Shown here: positions 17,970-27,720 of the stretch, in pieces
Layout: the number at the start of each line of letters is the position of its first letter
How positions within the stretch are numbered: the stretch's first letter is position 1
IMG/VR virus record: IMGVR_UViG_3300022602_000036
Span: 85,160 to 149,159 of that record
Origin: a virus
Strand: one strand, 5' to 3'
DNA length: 64,000 bases
Position numbers and translations under genes: made by a program
Notes under the pieces: generated by a model
Database searches by the model: none
Told to the model about the DNA's origin: nothing
Seen by the model: the letters and a program-made list of their open reading frames with translations, nothing else

Positions 17970-19127
17970 ATGAGTAATATTAATCCACAAAATATTGACG
18001 GAACATACCCAATAGCTGGGCAGGACAACAACAGCCAAGGTTTCCGCGATAATTTTACTAATACTGTCAATAACTTTACTTTTGCGGCTGCAGAATTAAC
18101 AGATTTACAGACTTATGCTGTGTTAAAAGGACCATTAGGTTCAGTAGGTCAAAGCGGTACACCTACTAACACAATGAACTATACCTATATTACACAACCA
18201 CAACTATTACAAGCTGTTGAAACCAAATATGATTTTGGTACTATTTCAACAGGTGCAAGTTTTACAGTTGATTGGACTCAAGGACATTTCCAAACAGTAG
18301 CAGTCAGTGGTACAGCTACAATGGCATTTGCGGCTACTTGGCCAACAACTAATTTATACACACGACTAAGATTACAAGTTACTACAGCTAACACTACAGT
18401 ATTGACCTTACCAAGCTCAATTACCAACGTTAGCACATTACAAGGTTATACAAGTGGCACATCAGTTTCGTTGCCAGCTAGCACATACGTATTTGAATTT
18501 AGCACATACAACGCTGGCAGCACAGTGTTAATTAACGATGTACTACGTAACTATAACGTAGAAATTGCAGGTAACGTAGGCAACTTTACTACTGCTAATA
18601 TTACTGGTAATCTAAGTGTCAATGGTAGTATTATTACCTGGGCAGGCAGTGGTGCTAATATCACACTTGATCCAGATGGCACAGCAGATGTTGTATTAAC
18701 CAATAACACAGCATTATGGCTATTAGACACAACACCAACAACGGGCCCAAATACAGGTACATTGATCAACTACGGTGGTGCAAGTATTGGTGGTAACTTA
18801 TACACAGGTGGTGCTAGAATTATTGGTGGATATCAATATAGCTCACCAACTAGCGGATTTAGTGTTACTATTAACAACAACGTTGAACGTTTGATTATTG
18901 ATCCAAGTACAAACAACGTACTAGCAACTGGTACTATTACACTACCAAGTGCTAACGTTGATGCTACATTGGTTACTGTCAGCTCAACATATGGTATTAC
19001 GGCATTGACTGTAAATCCAAATCCTGGCACAGTAGTTAAACCAAGTGGTACTATTACCTTAGCTAATAGCACTACTATTTCGTTCTTCTACCATTCAAGT
19101 GAATCAACTTGGTATAGATTAAGTTAA
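17970..19127 (+). CDS. virion structural protein (tail/baseplate)
   Basis: YPIAGQDNNSQGFRDNF N-terminus; T/N-rich; C-terminal domain shared with 12983 gene; two TAAATA boxes upstream. Confidence 0.8.
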   Translation: MSNINPQNIDGTYPIAGQDNNSQGFRDNFTNTVNNFTFAAAELTDLQTYAVLKGPLGSVGQSGTPTNTMNYTYITQPQLLQAVETKYDFGTISTGASFTVDWTQGHFQTVAVSGTATMAFAATWPTTNLYTRLRLQVTTANTTVLTLPSSITNVSTLQGYTSGTSVSLPASTYVFEFSTYNAGSTVLINDVLRNYNVEIAGNVGNFTTANITGNLSVNGSIITWAGSGANITLDPDGTADVVLTNNTALWLLDTTPTTGPNTGTLINYGGASIGGNLYTGGARIIGGYQYSSPTSGFSVTINNNVERLIIDPSTNNVLATGTITLPSANVDATLVTVSSTYGITALTVNPNPGTVVKPSGTITLANSTTISFFYHSSESTWYRLS

Positions 19128-19142
19128 TATCTACCAAAATCA

Positions 19143-19194
19143 TTGACTCCTTATGCTGCATTAATATATAATGTAGTATAAGGAGTTTTCTTTT
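19143..19194 (+). promoter_or_regulatory. sigma70-type promoter embedded in 18-bp terminator/RBS-occluding hairpin
   Basis: TTGACT-18-TATAAT; arms 19146-19163 and 19169-19186 include AAGGAG; U-tract follows. Confidence 0.75.
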
Positions 19195-19437
19195 ATGCAT
19201 CCATTAAGTCCAGATTTATCAAAATTATCAGATGAAGAGTTACACAGTAAACGAGCTGAGCTGCAGAATCGTCTAGGCTATGCTTACCGTATTGGTAGCG
19301 CAGACATGGTAAATCAATTAAATTTATTAATTCAAGACTATGCCCTAGAAGTAGAAGCACGTAATAAAAAAATGATGCAGGACGCTCAAAAATCAGGCAG
19401 ACTAGGACCAGATGGTCCTAAGGATATTACCTACTAA
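19195..19437 (+). CDS. hypothetical helical protein
   Basis: MHPLSPDLSKLSDEEL, 80 aa. Confidence 0.75.
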   Translation: MHPLSPDLSKLSDEELHSKRAELQNRLGYAYRIGSADMVNQLNLLIQDYALEVEARNKKMMQDAQKSGRLGPDGPKDITY

Positions 19438-19949
19438 TGAAGTACGATCAATACGGCAGAAGGTATACGGATAGTAACGAATTGTGTAACTTACTGTATA
19501 GTAATCCCAACTTGGATTTGAGTCTCTTTCAGGTCGAAGATCCGCAAGAGTACAATAAAAGTCGTGATGAATTACACGCAGAAGTTCCTTGGCTACGTGG
19601 ATATGTTGAGCTTGGCGAAACAGTTAGTTTCTTTGACAATCGTTGGCAAAGCCACTGGCGCATGCCAGATGAATACAAAGAACTAGACATTGCTGCTTAT
19701 GTTCTAGGCCTATGTACACAAGACTATGAACTACAGCGAGTGGGCGAAGAATTACTGTTATTCCAAGAACGTGATGCTTTTAATTTGTTACGTTATATGA
19801 AATATCTAGTAGACACCTTACGTAAGAATAATGTAGTCTGGGGAGTAGGACGTGGGTCAAGTGTAGCAAGTTACGTATTGTTCTTATTAGGTGTACATAA
19901 AATCAACAGTATCTATTATAATTTAGACATAGAAGAATTCCTCAAATAA
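19437..19949 (+). CDS. DNA polymerase III alpha (DnaE)-like fragment
   Basis: R..EEL, WGVGRGSSVASYVLFLLGVHKINSI.Y.L..EEFL matches the DnaE GRGS segment; only 170 aa. Confidence 0.8.
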   Translation: MKYDQYGRRYTDSNELCNLLYSNPNLDLSLFQVEDPQEYNKSRDELHAEVPWLRGYVELGETVSFFDNRWQSHWRMPDEYKELDIAAYVLGLCTQDYELQRVGEELLLFQERDAFNLLRYMKYLVDTLRKNNVVWGVGRGSSVASYVLFLLGVHKINSIYYNLDIEEFLK

Positions 19950-19976
19950 ATACGCATATATTAGGAGAAACAAAAG

Positions 19977-20417
19977 ATGGCAACAAATCACAGAACAGCC
20001 AGAGGTGTGCCAATTGACATGGATAGAATTCGTTTGTCAAACGAAACTACCATTGCTGTAGGCAATATGAATGTTAATGCCCGCGGTGATCAATTAGGAC
20101 CAGGTGGCAAAATTATCAAAACTCGCGCACAGATCATGGCTGACGCAAATAAATTACACAACAGCCCTTTGGCAGATGAAACTCCAATAAGTGAATCTGC
20201 TGATGCTGATCCAACTACACCACAACCAGCAGTACTACAACCCACAGTAGATCACGACACCCCAGTTGTAGAGTCAAATGATCCTCCTGCGTATGTTAAA
20301 CCTCGTGGCAGTTTTGCTGACAGCGTGGCTAATCAAGCAGATGTTACTCAAGAACTATTAGATCCAAGTGTTATTGGATTGGGTGATAAAAAATCTAACG
20401 GACCACAAAGGCTATAA
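19977..20417 (+). CDS. hypothetical late protein
   Basis: RTARG..IDM...AVGNMNVNARGD.LG.GG; ATAAATA and AGGAG upstream. Confidence 0.75.
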   Translation: MATNHRTARGVPIDMDRIRLSNETTIAVGNMNVNARGDQLGPGGKIIKTRAQIMADANKLHNSPLADETPISESADADPTTPQPAVLQPTVDHDTPVVESNDPPAYVKPRGSFADSVANQADVTQELLDPSVIGLGDKKSNGPQRL

Positions 20418-20418
20418 C

Positions 20419-20772
20419 ATGAGTGTATATGACGCAAAGAAAATTACCAAGTTTACTGCAATAAAAAATTATGTTGTTGTAACTGACATGAATTTCAAAG
20501 AAAAAATATCGCACGGTGGAATCATTATTCCACACAGTGACGGTAAACTAGAAGGTGTTCACCCACGCTGGGGTAAGGTCTATGCTATTGGCCCTAACCA
20601 AAAAGATGTCAAGGTTGGCCAATATGTTCTAGTCAAACACGGTCGTTGGACCAGAGGTATATTAATTGAAGATACAGAAGGTGAGAAAACCATCCGCCGT
20701 ATTGACGATGCAGACATTCTAATGGTCAGCGATGAACCTATGCAAGACGAAACAATTGGTCGCGGCTTGTAA
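20419..20772 (+). CDS. groES: GroES-like co-chaperonin
   Basis: SHGGIIIP mobile loop, GKVYAIGP, VKVGQYVL, DIL. Confidence 0.8.
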   Translation: MSVYDAKKITKFTAIKNYVVVTDMNFKEKISHGGIIIPHSDGKLEGVHPRWGKVYAIGPNQKDVKVGQYVLVKHGRWTRGILIEDTEGEKTIRRIDDADILMVSDEPMQDETIGRGL

Positions 20773-21000
20773 TTGGAAGACACACCCTTTATCCCCCACG
20801 AAGTAGTAAGCGCAATCAGGAAGCTGGCTCGTATGGCCAGCGATCCTCATTCTGACGGATTTACTCAATGCACTTACAAACATGATCTTTATGTGTTAAA
20901 ATGTTTTATAGAAGATGAATATAAACGCTGTCCAGACTTCCCACAGCAAGAAGCAGAGTGGGAGCGAGATCGTTTAATGGAGATACTCAAAAGAAAATGA
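20773..21000 (+). CDS. hypothetical protein
   Basis: 75 aa, TTG start. Confidence 0.6.
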   Translation: MEDTPFIPHEVVSAIRKLARMASDPHSDGFTQCTYKHDLYVLKCFIEDEYKRCPDFPQQEAEWERDRLMEILKRK

Positions 21001-21128
21001 TGATATTGACCTTGATTGTTTTGTTAGCATTTGTTATACTAGTACTATTAAACATTGGCAAGGACCGCAGTTGCTCAGGCAGTTGCTGTCAAGGCCGTAA
21101 ACCATGTGATTGCAAGGATAACAAATGA
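20997..21128 (+). CDS. small Cys-rich membrane peptide (43 aa)
   Basis: Not in track; MMILTLIVLLAFVILVLLNIGKDRSCSGSCCQGRKPCDCKDNK, ATGA overlaps at both ends. Confidence 0.7.
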   Translation: MMILTLIVLLAFVILVLLNIGKDRSCSGSCCQGRKPCDCKDNK

Positions 21129-22048
21129 AAGATTTATGGGTAGAAAAGTATAGACCAAAAACACTAGATGGCTATGTGTTTGTGGATAATCATCAACGTG
21201 ACCAAGTTGCTAGCTGGATCAAAGCTGGGACCATTCCGCACTTGATGTTTCACGGTGGTCCAGGAACAGGCAAGACCACACTGGCACGTATGCTGATTAA
21301 TGAACTTGGTGTAGATGACTATGACGTACTTACTGCTAACGGAAGTAAAGAAGCACGTAAAGTAGAATGGATTGACAAACTTATTAATTTTTGTCAGACT
21401 ATGCCATATGGTGCTTTTAAGGTAGTATTAATTGACGAAGCTGACTATATGAATCCTGTGTCAGTACAACCAGCACTGCGTAATCTAATGGAAGAATACA
21501 GTCAAAGTGTACGCTTTATCTTAACCTGTAACTATCCTAACAAGATTCTTCCTCCAATACACAGTCGTTGTCAAACCTTACAGATTGCCAAGGCAGATCA
21601 TACAGAGTTCACAGCCAGAGTTGCTACAGTATTGGTCACAGAAGGCGTTGAATTTGATTTAGATAACCTAGACAGCTATGTCAAAGCTACCTATCCAGAC
21701 CTACGTAAATGTTTGAATCTAGTGCAACAAAATAGCCAAGTTGGAGTACTACGTAAACCTAGCGATGGTGATGGTGCAGTAGGTGATTGGCGATTAGATG
21801 CTGTAGATTTATTCAAAGCAGGTAAAATCAAAGAAGCTCGTACACTGATCTGTAGTCAAGCAGCCGCAGAAGACATGGACGGTATGTATCGTTGGATGTA
21901 TGACAATCTTGACATTTGGGGTAAAACCCCAGAGCAACAAGATGAAGCTATTGTTATTATTCGCAAAGGTCTAGTAAATGTACCTTTGGTTGCTGATCAA
22001 GAAATCAATTTAAGTGCAACACTTGTGGAGTTAACACAAATTGCTTAA
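21125..22048 (+). CDS. clamp loader ATPase subunit (RFC/T4 gp44-like)
   Basis: LWVEKYRP, GGPGTGKTT, DEAD, SRC. Confidence 0.95.
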   Translation: MKDLWVEKYRPKTLDGYVFVDNHQRDQVASWIKAGTIPHLMFHGGPGTGKTTLARMLINELGVDDYDVLTANGSKEARKVEWIDKLINFCQTMPYGAFKVVLIDEADYMNPVSVQPALRNLMEEYSQSVRFILTCNYPNKILPPIHSRCQTLQIAKADHTEFTARVATVLVTEGVEFDLDNLDSYVKATYPDLRKCLNLVQQNSQVGVLRKPSDGDGAVGDWRLDAVDLFKAGKIKEARTLICSQAAAEDMDGMYRWMYDNLDIWGKTPEQQDEAIVIIRKGLVNVPLVADQEINLSATLVELTQIA

Positions 22049-23051
22049 TTACTCTGGAAGACTGTTTACCTTTGGGTGCAGTTTTACAAATTATGATTGG
22101 CCCACATGGGCAGATATCTTAGGGCGCAAATTTTCATATTACGAAAATTGGGGGCATGCTGGAGGTGGAAACCAATATATTTTTAATTCAGTAATAGAAG
22201 CTAATTTAAGAAATAAATTTACTGCCGACGATACCATCATCATTATGTGGACATCTGTTACTAGGAATGACAGTTATTCAAAAGGTAATTGGATTTTCGA
22301 CCCTGATCATATGGGAGATACTGCTGATTATCGTGGATTACTTATAAGAGATCTAGCATCAATTACTGCTATTAGTAATCTTCTTGAATCATTGGGCGTG
22401 TGTTATGAGTTCTTATCAATGCTTCCATTGACATTAAGTCCGAATTTTGATCTATCCACTAGTAATTTCGAATTAACTGAATTTAATGACGAAGTTACTG
22501 ATGTTATTGCATTATACTCCGAGACCGTAGATAAAATAAAACCAAGCTATTATGAGTTGGTAGCAAAGTTTGACTGGTTTAGTGGGCAAGGATTAACTCT
22601 AGATTACTTACCAACAGACCTTGAATTAACTAGATTAGTCAAGGATACTGTAGATCTTCCTGGAGAATATTATAAATTTGTAGGAACTAATTTTCCTTCG
22701 TTTGAAGAATACTATTTTAATAATTATGATCATTACCCAGATTTCGTTAAAAAAGAAATTAAAAAGTTTGACAAAATTAAAAAATCAATTTATGATCAAA
22801 ACAAAAAAGAATTATTAAAATTAATCGATTATCGGACTGGATTAGTTCTAAAAAAACTTAAAAAATATCCCCGAGATCCACATCCTACCCCCAGTGAACA
22901 TTTACGATATTTAGAAATGGTATTCCCTAAATTACATGTCGACTCTGAAACCAGATATTGGGTTAGTGAATATAACACAAAAGTATTAAGTTATGAAATA
23001 GTTAGTATTTGGCAACAGTGGCAATCTCAAATACCAAAAATTAGATTATAG
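22041..23051 (+). CDS. SGNH/GDSL-like hypothetical protein
   Basis: TFGCSFT, NWGHAGGGN, IMWTS, D.HP. Confidence 0.6.
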   Translation: MLNYSGRLFTFGCSFTNYDWPTWADILGRKFSYYENWGHAGGGNQYIFNSVIEANLRNKFTADDTIIIMWTSVTRNDSYSKGNWIFDPDHMGDTADYRGLLIRDLASITAISNLLESLGVCYEFLSMLPLTLSPNFDLSTSNFELTEFNDEVTDVIALYSETVDKIKPSYYELVAKFDWFSGQGLTLDYLPTDLELTRLVKDTVDLPGEYYKFVGTNFPSFEEYYFNNYDHYPDFVKKEIKKFDKIKKSIYDQNKKELLKLIDYRTGLVLKKLKKYPRDPHPTPSEHLRYLEMVFPKLHVDSETRYWVSEYNTKVLSYEIVSIWQQWQSQIPKIRL

Positions 23052-23061
23052 GAATTTTACC

Positions 23062-23376
23062 ATGGCAAATTTAAACATTTATCTAGTAGCTCAATATGTA
23101 GCTAGACCTAAAGACTCCACTAAAACAGCTCAACCTGGTTATATGACAAATCCTGAGAATATTGAGTGGGATGAGCGTATGTATATCACGCAAGGTATAC
23201 GTAAAAAAGATGAACAAATGAACGTGATTTTAGACCTAACCGAAGAGAAAATCATTAAAAATAGCTTCGAAAGTGGCAAGAAATTTAATGAGATGTTTGA
23301 ATACTTCTACGAGGCTTATGGCAATTATATCGACGAGTGCATAACTACTATCAATGAAACGAACAACCTTAAATAA
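23062..23376 (+). CDS. hypothetical protein
   Basis: 104 aa with AGGA RBS. Confidence 0.7.
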   Translation: MANLNIYLVAQYVARPKDSTKTAQPGYMTNPENIEWDERMYITQGIRKKDEQMNVILDLTEEKIIKNSFESGKKFNEMFEYFYEAYGNYIDECITTINETNNLK

Positions 23377-23674
23377 TTGCGGAGCCCGTGGTTGGTTTAT
23401 AGGCAACTTCGATGGTGCTGTGCATCGGACCACTGATTTCGAAATATGTTACCAAAAGAATCCACGTGGGCAAACTGCTAGCCATATTCATAAACTGGCT
23501 TACGAAATAACTCTGGTTATTAGTGGTCGACAAATTTGCAATGGGCAAATGTTCACTGCCGGAGAAATTTGCGTGTTAGAGCCCGGTGATATTAGTCAAA
23601 TCGAATACCTTGAAGAAACTGAAGTAGTTACTATTAAAACTCCTAGCATACCTACTGACAAGCATTATCTATAA
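23354..23674 (+). CDS. cupin-fold protein
   Basis: GWFIGNF, HIHK..EITLVISG, KTPS. Confidence 0.75.
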   Translation: MKRTTLNNCGARGWFIGNFDGAVHRTTDFEICYQKNPRGQTASHIHKLAYEITLVISGRQICNGQMFTAGEICVLEPGDISQIEYLEETEVVTIKTPSIPTDKHYL

Positions 23675-25631
23675 CTATTTCTATGACTTTGTTTTTAACT
23701 AGAATATTCTTATAGAAAGCAGATCGTTTAGCCGAACTTCGATTTTTTAAACTATCCATTCCTTGAAATTTTATATACAACGGGCGAGTTATAGTTAATT
23801 CTTTTTGTTTTGCGTTTATAGTTATTCTATTGTCTGTAAATGATAAGTTTGATCGATAATCGACTGATTCAGTTGACCCCGGTAGTGCTAAACATCCAAT
23901 CGTAATAGCCTGTTCCATATGTTCATGCATATGACCTACCATTGATAATAGATCTGAAACTAAACTGCCTTGATTAAATTTACTAATTACTCGTTCTATC
24001 AAAACCTCATCGGCAGTAATGTGTGACTTGCCCACTGAATTATACATAGCACCATGCATAATCCAATCAGTAACTGATTTTCTAGATATATCAACATTTA
24101 ACCAAGATCTATCTGTTAAGAATCGATTAACTATGGGTTGATAAAATTCATAAGCAGTATATCCGTTAAGTTTTGCTAATTGCCTAGCCATTTTAAGCAC
24201 ATAAAATTCTTCTAAGAATTTTAAGAAATTATGCATAACTATTTGATTTATTAAATCATCAACAGTAAAAGAACTACAACTTTTAATATATCTAATTTGA
24301 CTTGTATATTTTGGAGTAATACCAGCTTCACCACCAAACTCTAAAAAACTTCTTTTACTATAAAACCATTCAATTGAATTGTCGTTGACAAATGCAGGTT
24401 CACTCATTGGCGCCTGTGGGCTGACTTCTAACATATGACATTGTGTATGTCCTTCAACATCGTAGTATCTACAATGACTGGTTAATTCTATAGAAGAATT
24501 GCTACCTGGAAGACCTAGAATAATTTGGAACTTTATTGGCCAAGGTTCGTTTTCATAATCATAATAGCCAGCAAGTTTTTCTGGACTTAATTGTACTCGT
24601 TTGATTGCTTGTAAAACTCCTTCGTCAGCATTCTGCATAGGAATATATTTTTGATTATTGTCTGCTATGTCGTGATCAAACTCACTGGCCTGATATTTGT
24701 TAAAAATATCTAAGATTTTTTTGACTCTGTCAGGGTTATTTTTTGCAAAACTACCGTAAATTAAGTAAGATTTCTTGTTGTACTTGTTTAATAGTTGATC
24801 CAATGTACAGGTAATTTGATAGTCTTCTTCAAAAATACCAAAATTTGCATCACTTAAAAATAATCCTGGCCAATACTTGACTATGAGTTCAATTTCTTGT
24901 TCTAGATGCTGATGATTTCTACGTCTGACTTTTTGTTGTATACCACCACCCCAGTCACAGAAAACACAACCATATGGACATCCACGTGCAGTTTGCCAAT
25001 AAAACATGGTATGTGTAAATGTTGGCGATTGTTTTTCTTTGTCTACATCAGTTAATATTTCATTGATGTTTTCCAATAAACAACTGTAAGAAACATAAGT
25101 GAATCCCAACATATTCTTAGAACCTTTTCCGTTTGAATATGCAATTCTACTGGCTAAATTTGTTGGTTTAATAAAAGAATCATTTTTTCTTAGCCATAGT
25201 CCATCTATGTTATCAATTGGCAAATGGTCATGATATCTGTCAATTAACTCTGTGATTGGGACTTCACCTTCACCTTCAATTATTCCCAAGACGTTTGAAA
25301 GAGATAACATTTCTGAATGGTCATTTAAATCAATATCAGGTCCACCACAGAATACAGGAACGTTAGGCCAAACACTATGGCATAGATTAATGAGATCTAA
25401 CATAAATGCCTTGTTCCACACATATAGGCTTAAGAAGATAATATCAGGCGGAGTATCACATAAATTAATAATATCTTGTGGCGATTCGTGATAAAGAGGA
25501 CAGATTTTCATCCAATTTATGTCGTCAGGGTATTGACCGTAATGTTTGTAGTGAGTTTTAAAAAGGTAATATATTTCACTAAACCCTTGATGATCTGTAC
25601 ACAAAGGGCGGCCATAAATTAATACATTCAT
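23652..25631 (-). CDS. B12-binding radical SAM enzyme
   Basis: PDIIFLSLYVWN/GGP/GEGE cobalamin-type domain; TARGCPYGCVFCDWG (CxxxCxxC); DANFG; ILGLPG. Confidence 0.9.
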   Translation of the reverse strand: MNVLIYGRPLCTDHQGFSEIYYLFKTHYKHYGQYPDDINWMKICPLYHESPQDIINLCDTPPDIIFLSLYVWNKAFMLDLINLCHSVWPNVPVFCGGPDIDLNDHSEMLSLSNVLGIIEGEGEVPITELIDRYHDHLPIDNIDGLWLRKNDSFIKPTNLASRIAYSNGKGSKNMLGFTYVSYSCLLENINEILTDVDKEKQSPTFTHTMFYWQTARGCPYGCVFCDWGGGIQQKVRRRNHQHLEQEIELIVKYWPGLFLSDANFGIFEEDYQITCTLDQLLNKYNKKSYLIYGSFAKNNPDRVKKILDIFNKYQASEFDHDIADNNQKYIPMQNADEGVLQAIKRVQLSPEKLAGYYDYENEPWPIKFQIILGLPGSNSSIELTSHCRYYDVEGHTQCHMLEVSPQAPMSEPAFVNDNSIEWFYSKRSFLEFGGEAGITPKYTSQIRYIKSCSSFTVDDLINQIVMHNFLKFLEEFYVLKMARQLAKLNGYTAYEFYQPIVNRFLTDRSWLNVDISRKSVTDWIMHGAMYNSVGKSHITADEVLIERVISKFNQGSLVSDLLSMVGHMHEHMEQAITIGCLALPGSTESVDYRSNLSFTDNRITINAKQKELTITRPLYIKFQGMDSLKNRSSAKRSAFYKNILVKNKVIEIVIDNACQ

Positions 25632-25636
25632 ATTTT

Positions 25637-25666
25637 TATTTAACGATAATACCGCTCCTATAAATA
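25637..25666. promoter_or_regulatory. back-to-back late promoters
   Basis: TAAATA on minus strand 5 nt from ATG 25631; TATAAATA on plus strand 6 nt from ATG 25673. Confidence 0.7.
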
Positions 25667-25672
25667 ATTTAT

Positions 25673-26281
25673 ATGACTCCTAACAGACCCTCATGGTTTT
25701 TTAAACCAATTAACATCCCAGAACTAGATGCTATTCAACAAGAATTTATAAAGTTGTTTGATCAACATTATTCACATATATTTGATGAACACAAAGCAAA
25801 TTTTGTACACATAGATGTGGAACTAATCAAACAAAACTGCCCTACATTTATTAGTTTACTTACACGTTTAAATCTATTAGATCGTTGGTATAGTATTATC
25901 TGGGCTGGAACAAATAAAGCAGGTGCAGAAGCCTGTATACATGTTGACGAAATTAAATGGTGGGAAAGATGTATGGCCTTGAACATTCCTATACAAAACT
26001 ACCATGATAGCTATACTGTATGGTACGATGCTGATATTGAAGCTGGAATCCCTGGGTATAGTACCAGTGCTAGATATCCTGGATCATTAGGATGGCCTGA
26101 AGAAATAACTAGGGGAGAAGCGGCACGATTGCCAGTATCACAACCAGCATTTGTTAATAATGGTTTACCTCATCGCCCAATAACTAACCACAATGAACCT
26201 AGGCTGATAATTTCAGCCCGGTTCAGTCCTGAATTATTTGATTACGATTTTGATCGTTTAGATTTCGCCATAGATCGATAG
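25673..26281 (+). CDS. 2OG-Fe(II) oxygenase-like protein
   Basis: IHVD...ALNIP...PH...RLIISARF (HxD..H..R). Confidence 0.65.
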   Translation: MTPNRPSWFFKPINIPELDAIQQEFIKLFDQHYSHIFDEHKANFVHIDVELIKQNCPTFISLLTRLNLLDRWYSIIWAGTNKAGAEACIHVDEIKWWERCMALNIPIQNYHDSYTVWYDADIEAGIPGYSTSARYPGSLGWPEEITRGEAARLPVSQPAFVNNGLPHRPITNHNEPRLIISARFSPELFDYDFDRLDFAIDR

Positions 26282-26992
26282 AATCTCCTTTACAGCTGGG
26301 TGACGAGCTATGTCTCTAGATTGGAATTCAACACCGGCCACGTACTTACTTTGTTGGTATCGTTCAACAAGATGTTTGAAATCTAGTAATCCGTTGTCAC
26401 TATCACTACGGTCTGCCTGACGTGTATCACCTGTTACTACTATTTTAGAACCTTCACCGAGTCGCGTTAGGAGCATCTTTATCTGTCCAGGGGTGGCGTT
26501 TTGCATTTCATCTGCAACGACCCAACTTCCCTTAAATGTGCGACCTCTCATGAATGCTAGTGGAGAAATCTCAATTATCTGTTCTTCTAGCATACGGGCT
26601 ACTTCTCTAGGACTATAGTACTCTTGTATAACATCAAACAAGGGTTTAGTCCATGGTTCCATCTTAGCATTAATATTACCTGGTAGGAAGCCGTGCTTTT
26701 CATCGTCCACTCCTACCGCTGGACGTGTTAGAATTAGTTTGCTTACTGATCCTTCTTTGTAGGCTTTAATACCAGCCAGCATGGCCAGCATGGTTTTACC
26801 TGTGCCCGCAGGGCCTGTAGCAAATACTATGTGTTTGGTTTCGTCTGTGAGTAATTCTATATATGTTTCTTGATTGAGGCTTTTGGGTATTAAATGTACT
26901 GTCTTTCTCTGTTGAACGTATTGGTTAAAACTAAGTGTATTGTTTGTTTCTACTGCTGCTAGGTGTCTACTGCTAGTTCTACGTTTTGGCAT
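26258..26992 (-). CDS. phoH: PhoH-like ATPase
   Basis: GPAGTGKT, LTRPAV, GFLPG, FMRGRTF, DEMQN, TRLGEGS, GDTRQ. Confidence 0.97.
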   Translation of the reverse strand: MPKRRTSSRHLAAVETNNTLSFNQYVQQRKTVHLIPKSLNQETYIELLTDETKHIVFATGPAGTGKTMLAMLAGIKAYKEGSVSKLILTRPAVGVDDEKHGFLPGNINAKMEPWTKPLFDVIQEYYSPREVARMLEEQIIEISPLAFMRGRTFKGSWVVADEMQNATPGQIKMLLTRLGEGSKIVVTGDTRQADRSDSDNGLLDFKHLVERYQQSKYVAGVEFQSRDIARHPAVKEILSIYGEI

Positions 26993-27177
26993 AATGCTCC
27001 CTGTTGAAGTGTCGGTAGATTAAAGGCATCTACAAAGGTATTTAAGAGAAGGTTTTTTGTTTTTTAGTGACTAGTTAAATTTTATTTCTAGTGACTAAAT
27101 ATTAAGCTGTCTTCACAACTATCCTTTCATAACTCAATCCTATAATCTGCATAAATAATACAAAAGAGCAGGATCAT

Positions 27178-27720
27178 ATGAGTAAAGCCATACACGACGT
27201 AATAGAAAACACTAAAGAAATCTTTATGACAGATTCAAGTCTTAGCACCCTCTGTGACTTTGAGCGTGTGTTAGATGAACTTGATACCTATGTTTTTGCC
27301 CACTGGAAAGAAGGCGAACTAGTAGAAGGCCCAATTTACGAAAAATACTTTGTAACCTGTACTTTTATGTGGCCTTATAAAATGATGCCAGATCCACGCG
27401 GCGGTGAACGTCTACTAGACTATGACTGCGAAGTATACTACAGTAAAGATATTTTAGAATATCCTATGAAAGTAGAAAAGCCAGAAGATTTTGAACCAGG
27501 CACTAAGATGCCTAAACTAAAGAAAACTCCTGTTTGGTTAGTTAAAATTGTAATGCCTAAAAAGCTCATGCAAGAAATTCAACAGGGTAGTTTGGAACTA
27601 GAAGGTGAAAACCTAGACCTAGAAGACATCAACAACGCCTATGAAGAAGGCGATGATCAAGCACAATTTAATCAAGACGAACAACAAGAACAATCACAAA
27701 ATGCCGAACCACAATTCTAG
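27178..27720 (+). CDS. conserved jumbo-phage late protein
   Basis: ATAAATA upstream; FERVLDELD.YVF..W..GE...GP, MPDP.GG.RL. Confidence 0.75.
   Translation: MSKAIHDVIENTKEIFMTDSSLSTLCDFERVLDELDTYVFAHWKEGELVEGPIYEKYFVTCTFMWPYKMMPDPRGGERLLDYDCEVYYSKDILEYPMKVEKPEDFEPGTKMPKLKKTPVWLVKIVMPKKLMQEIQQGSLELEGENLDLEDINNAYEEGDDQAQFNQDEQQEQSQNAEPQF

Noticed and set aside
26993-27177. Long phoH-27178 intergenic region with repeated TAGTGACTA as origin or ncRNA
   Set aside because: Explained by divergent TAAATA boxes; only two copies of the 9-mer and no convincing fold
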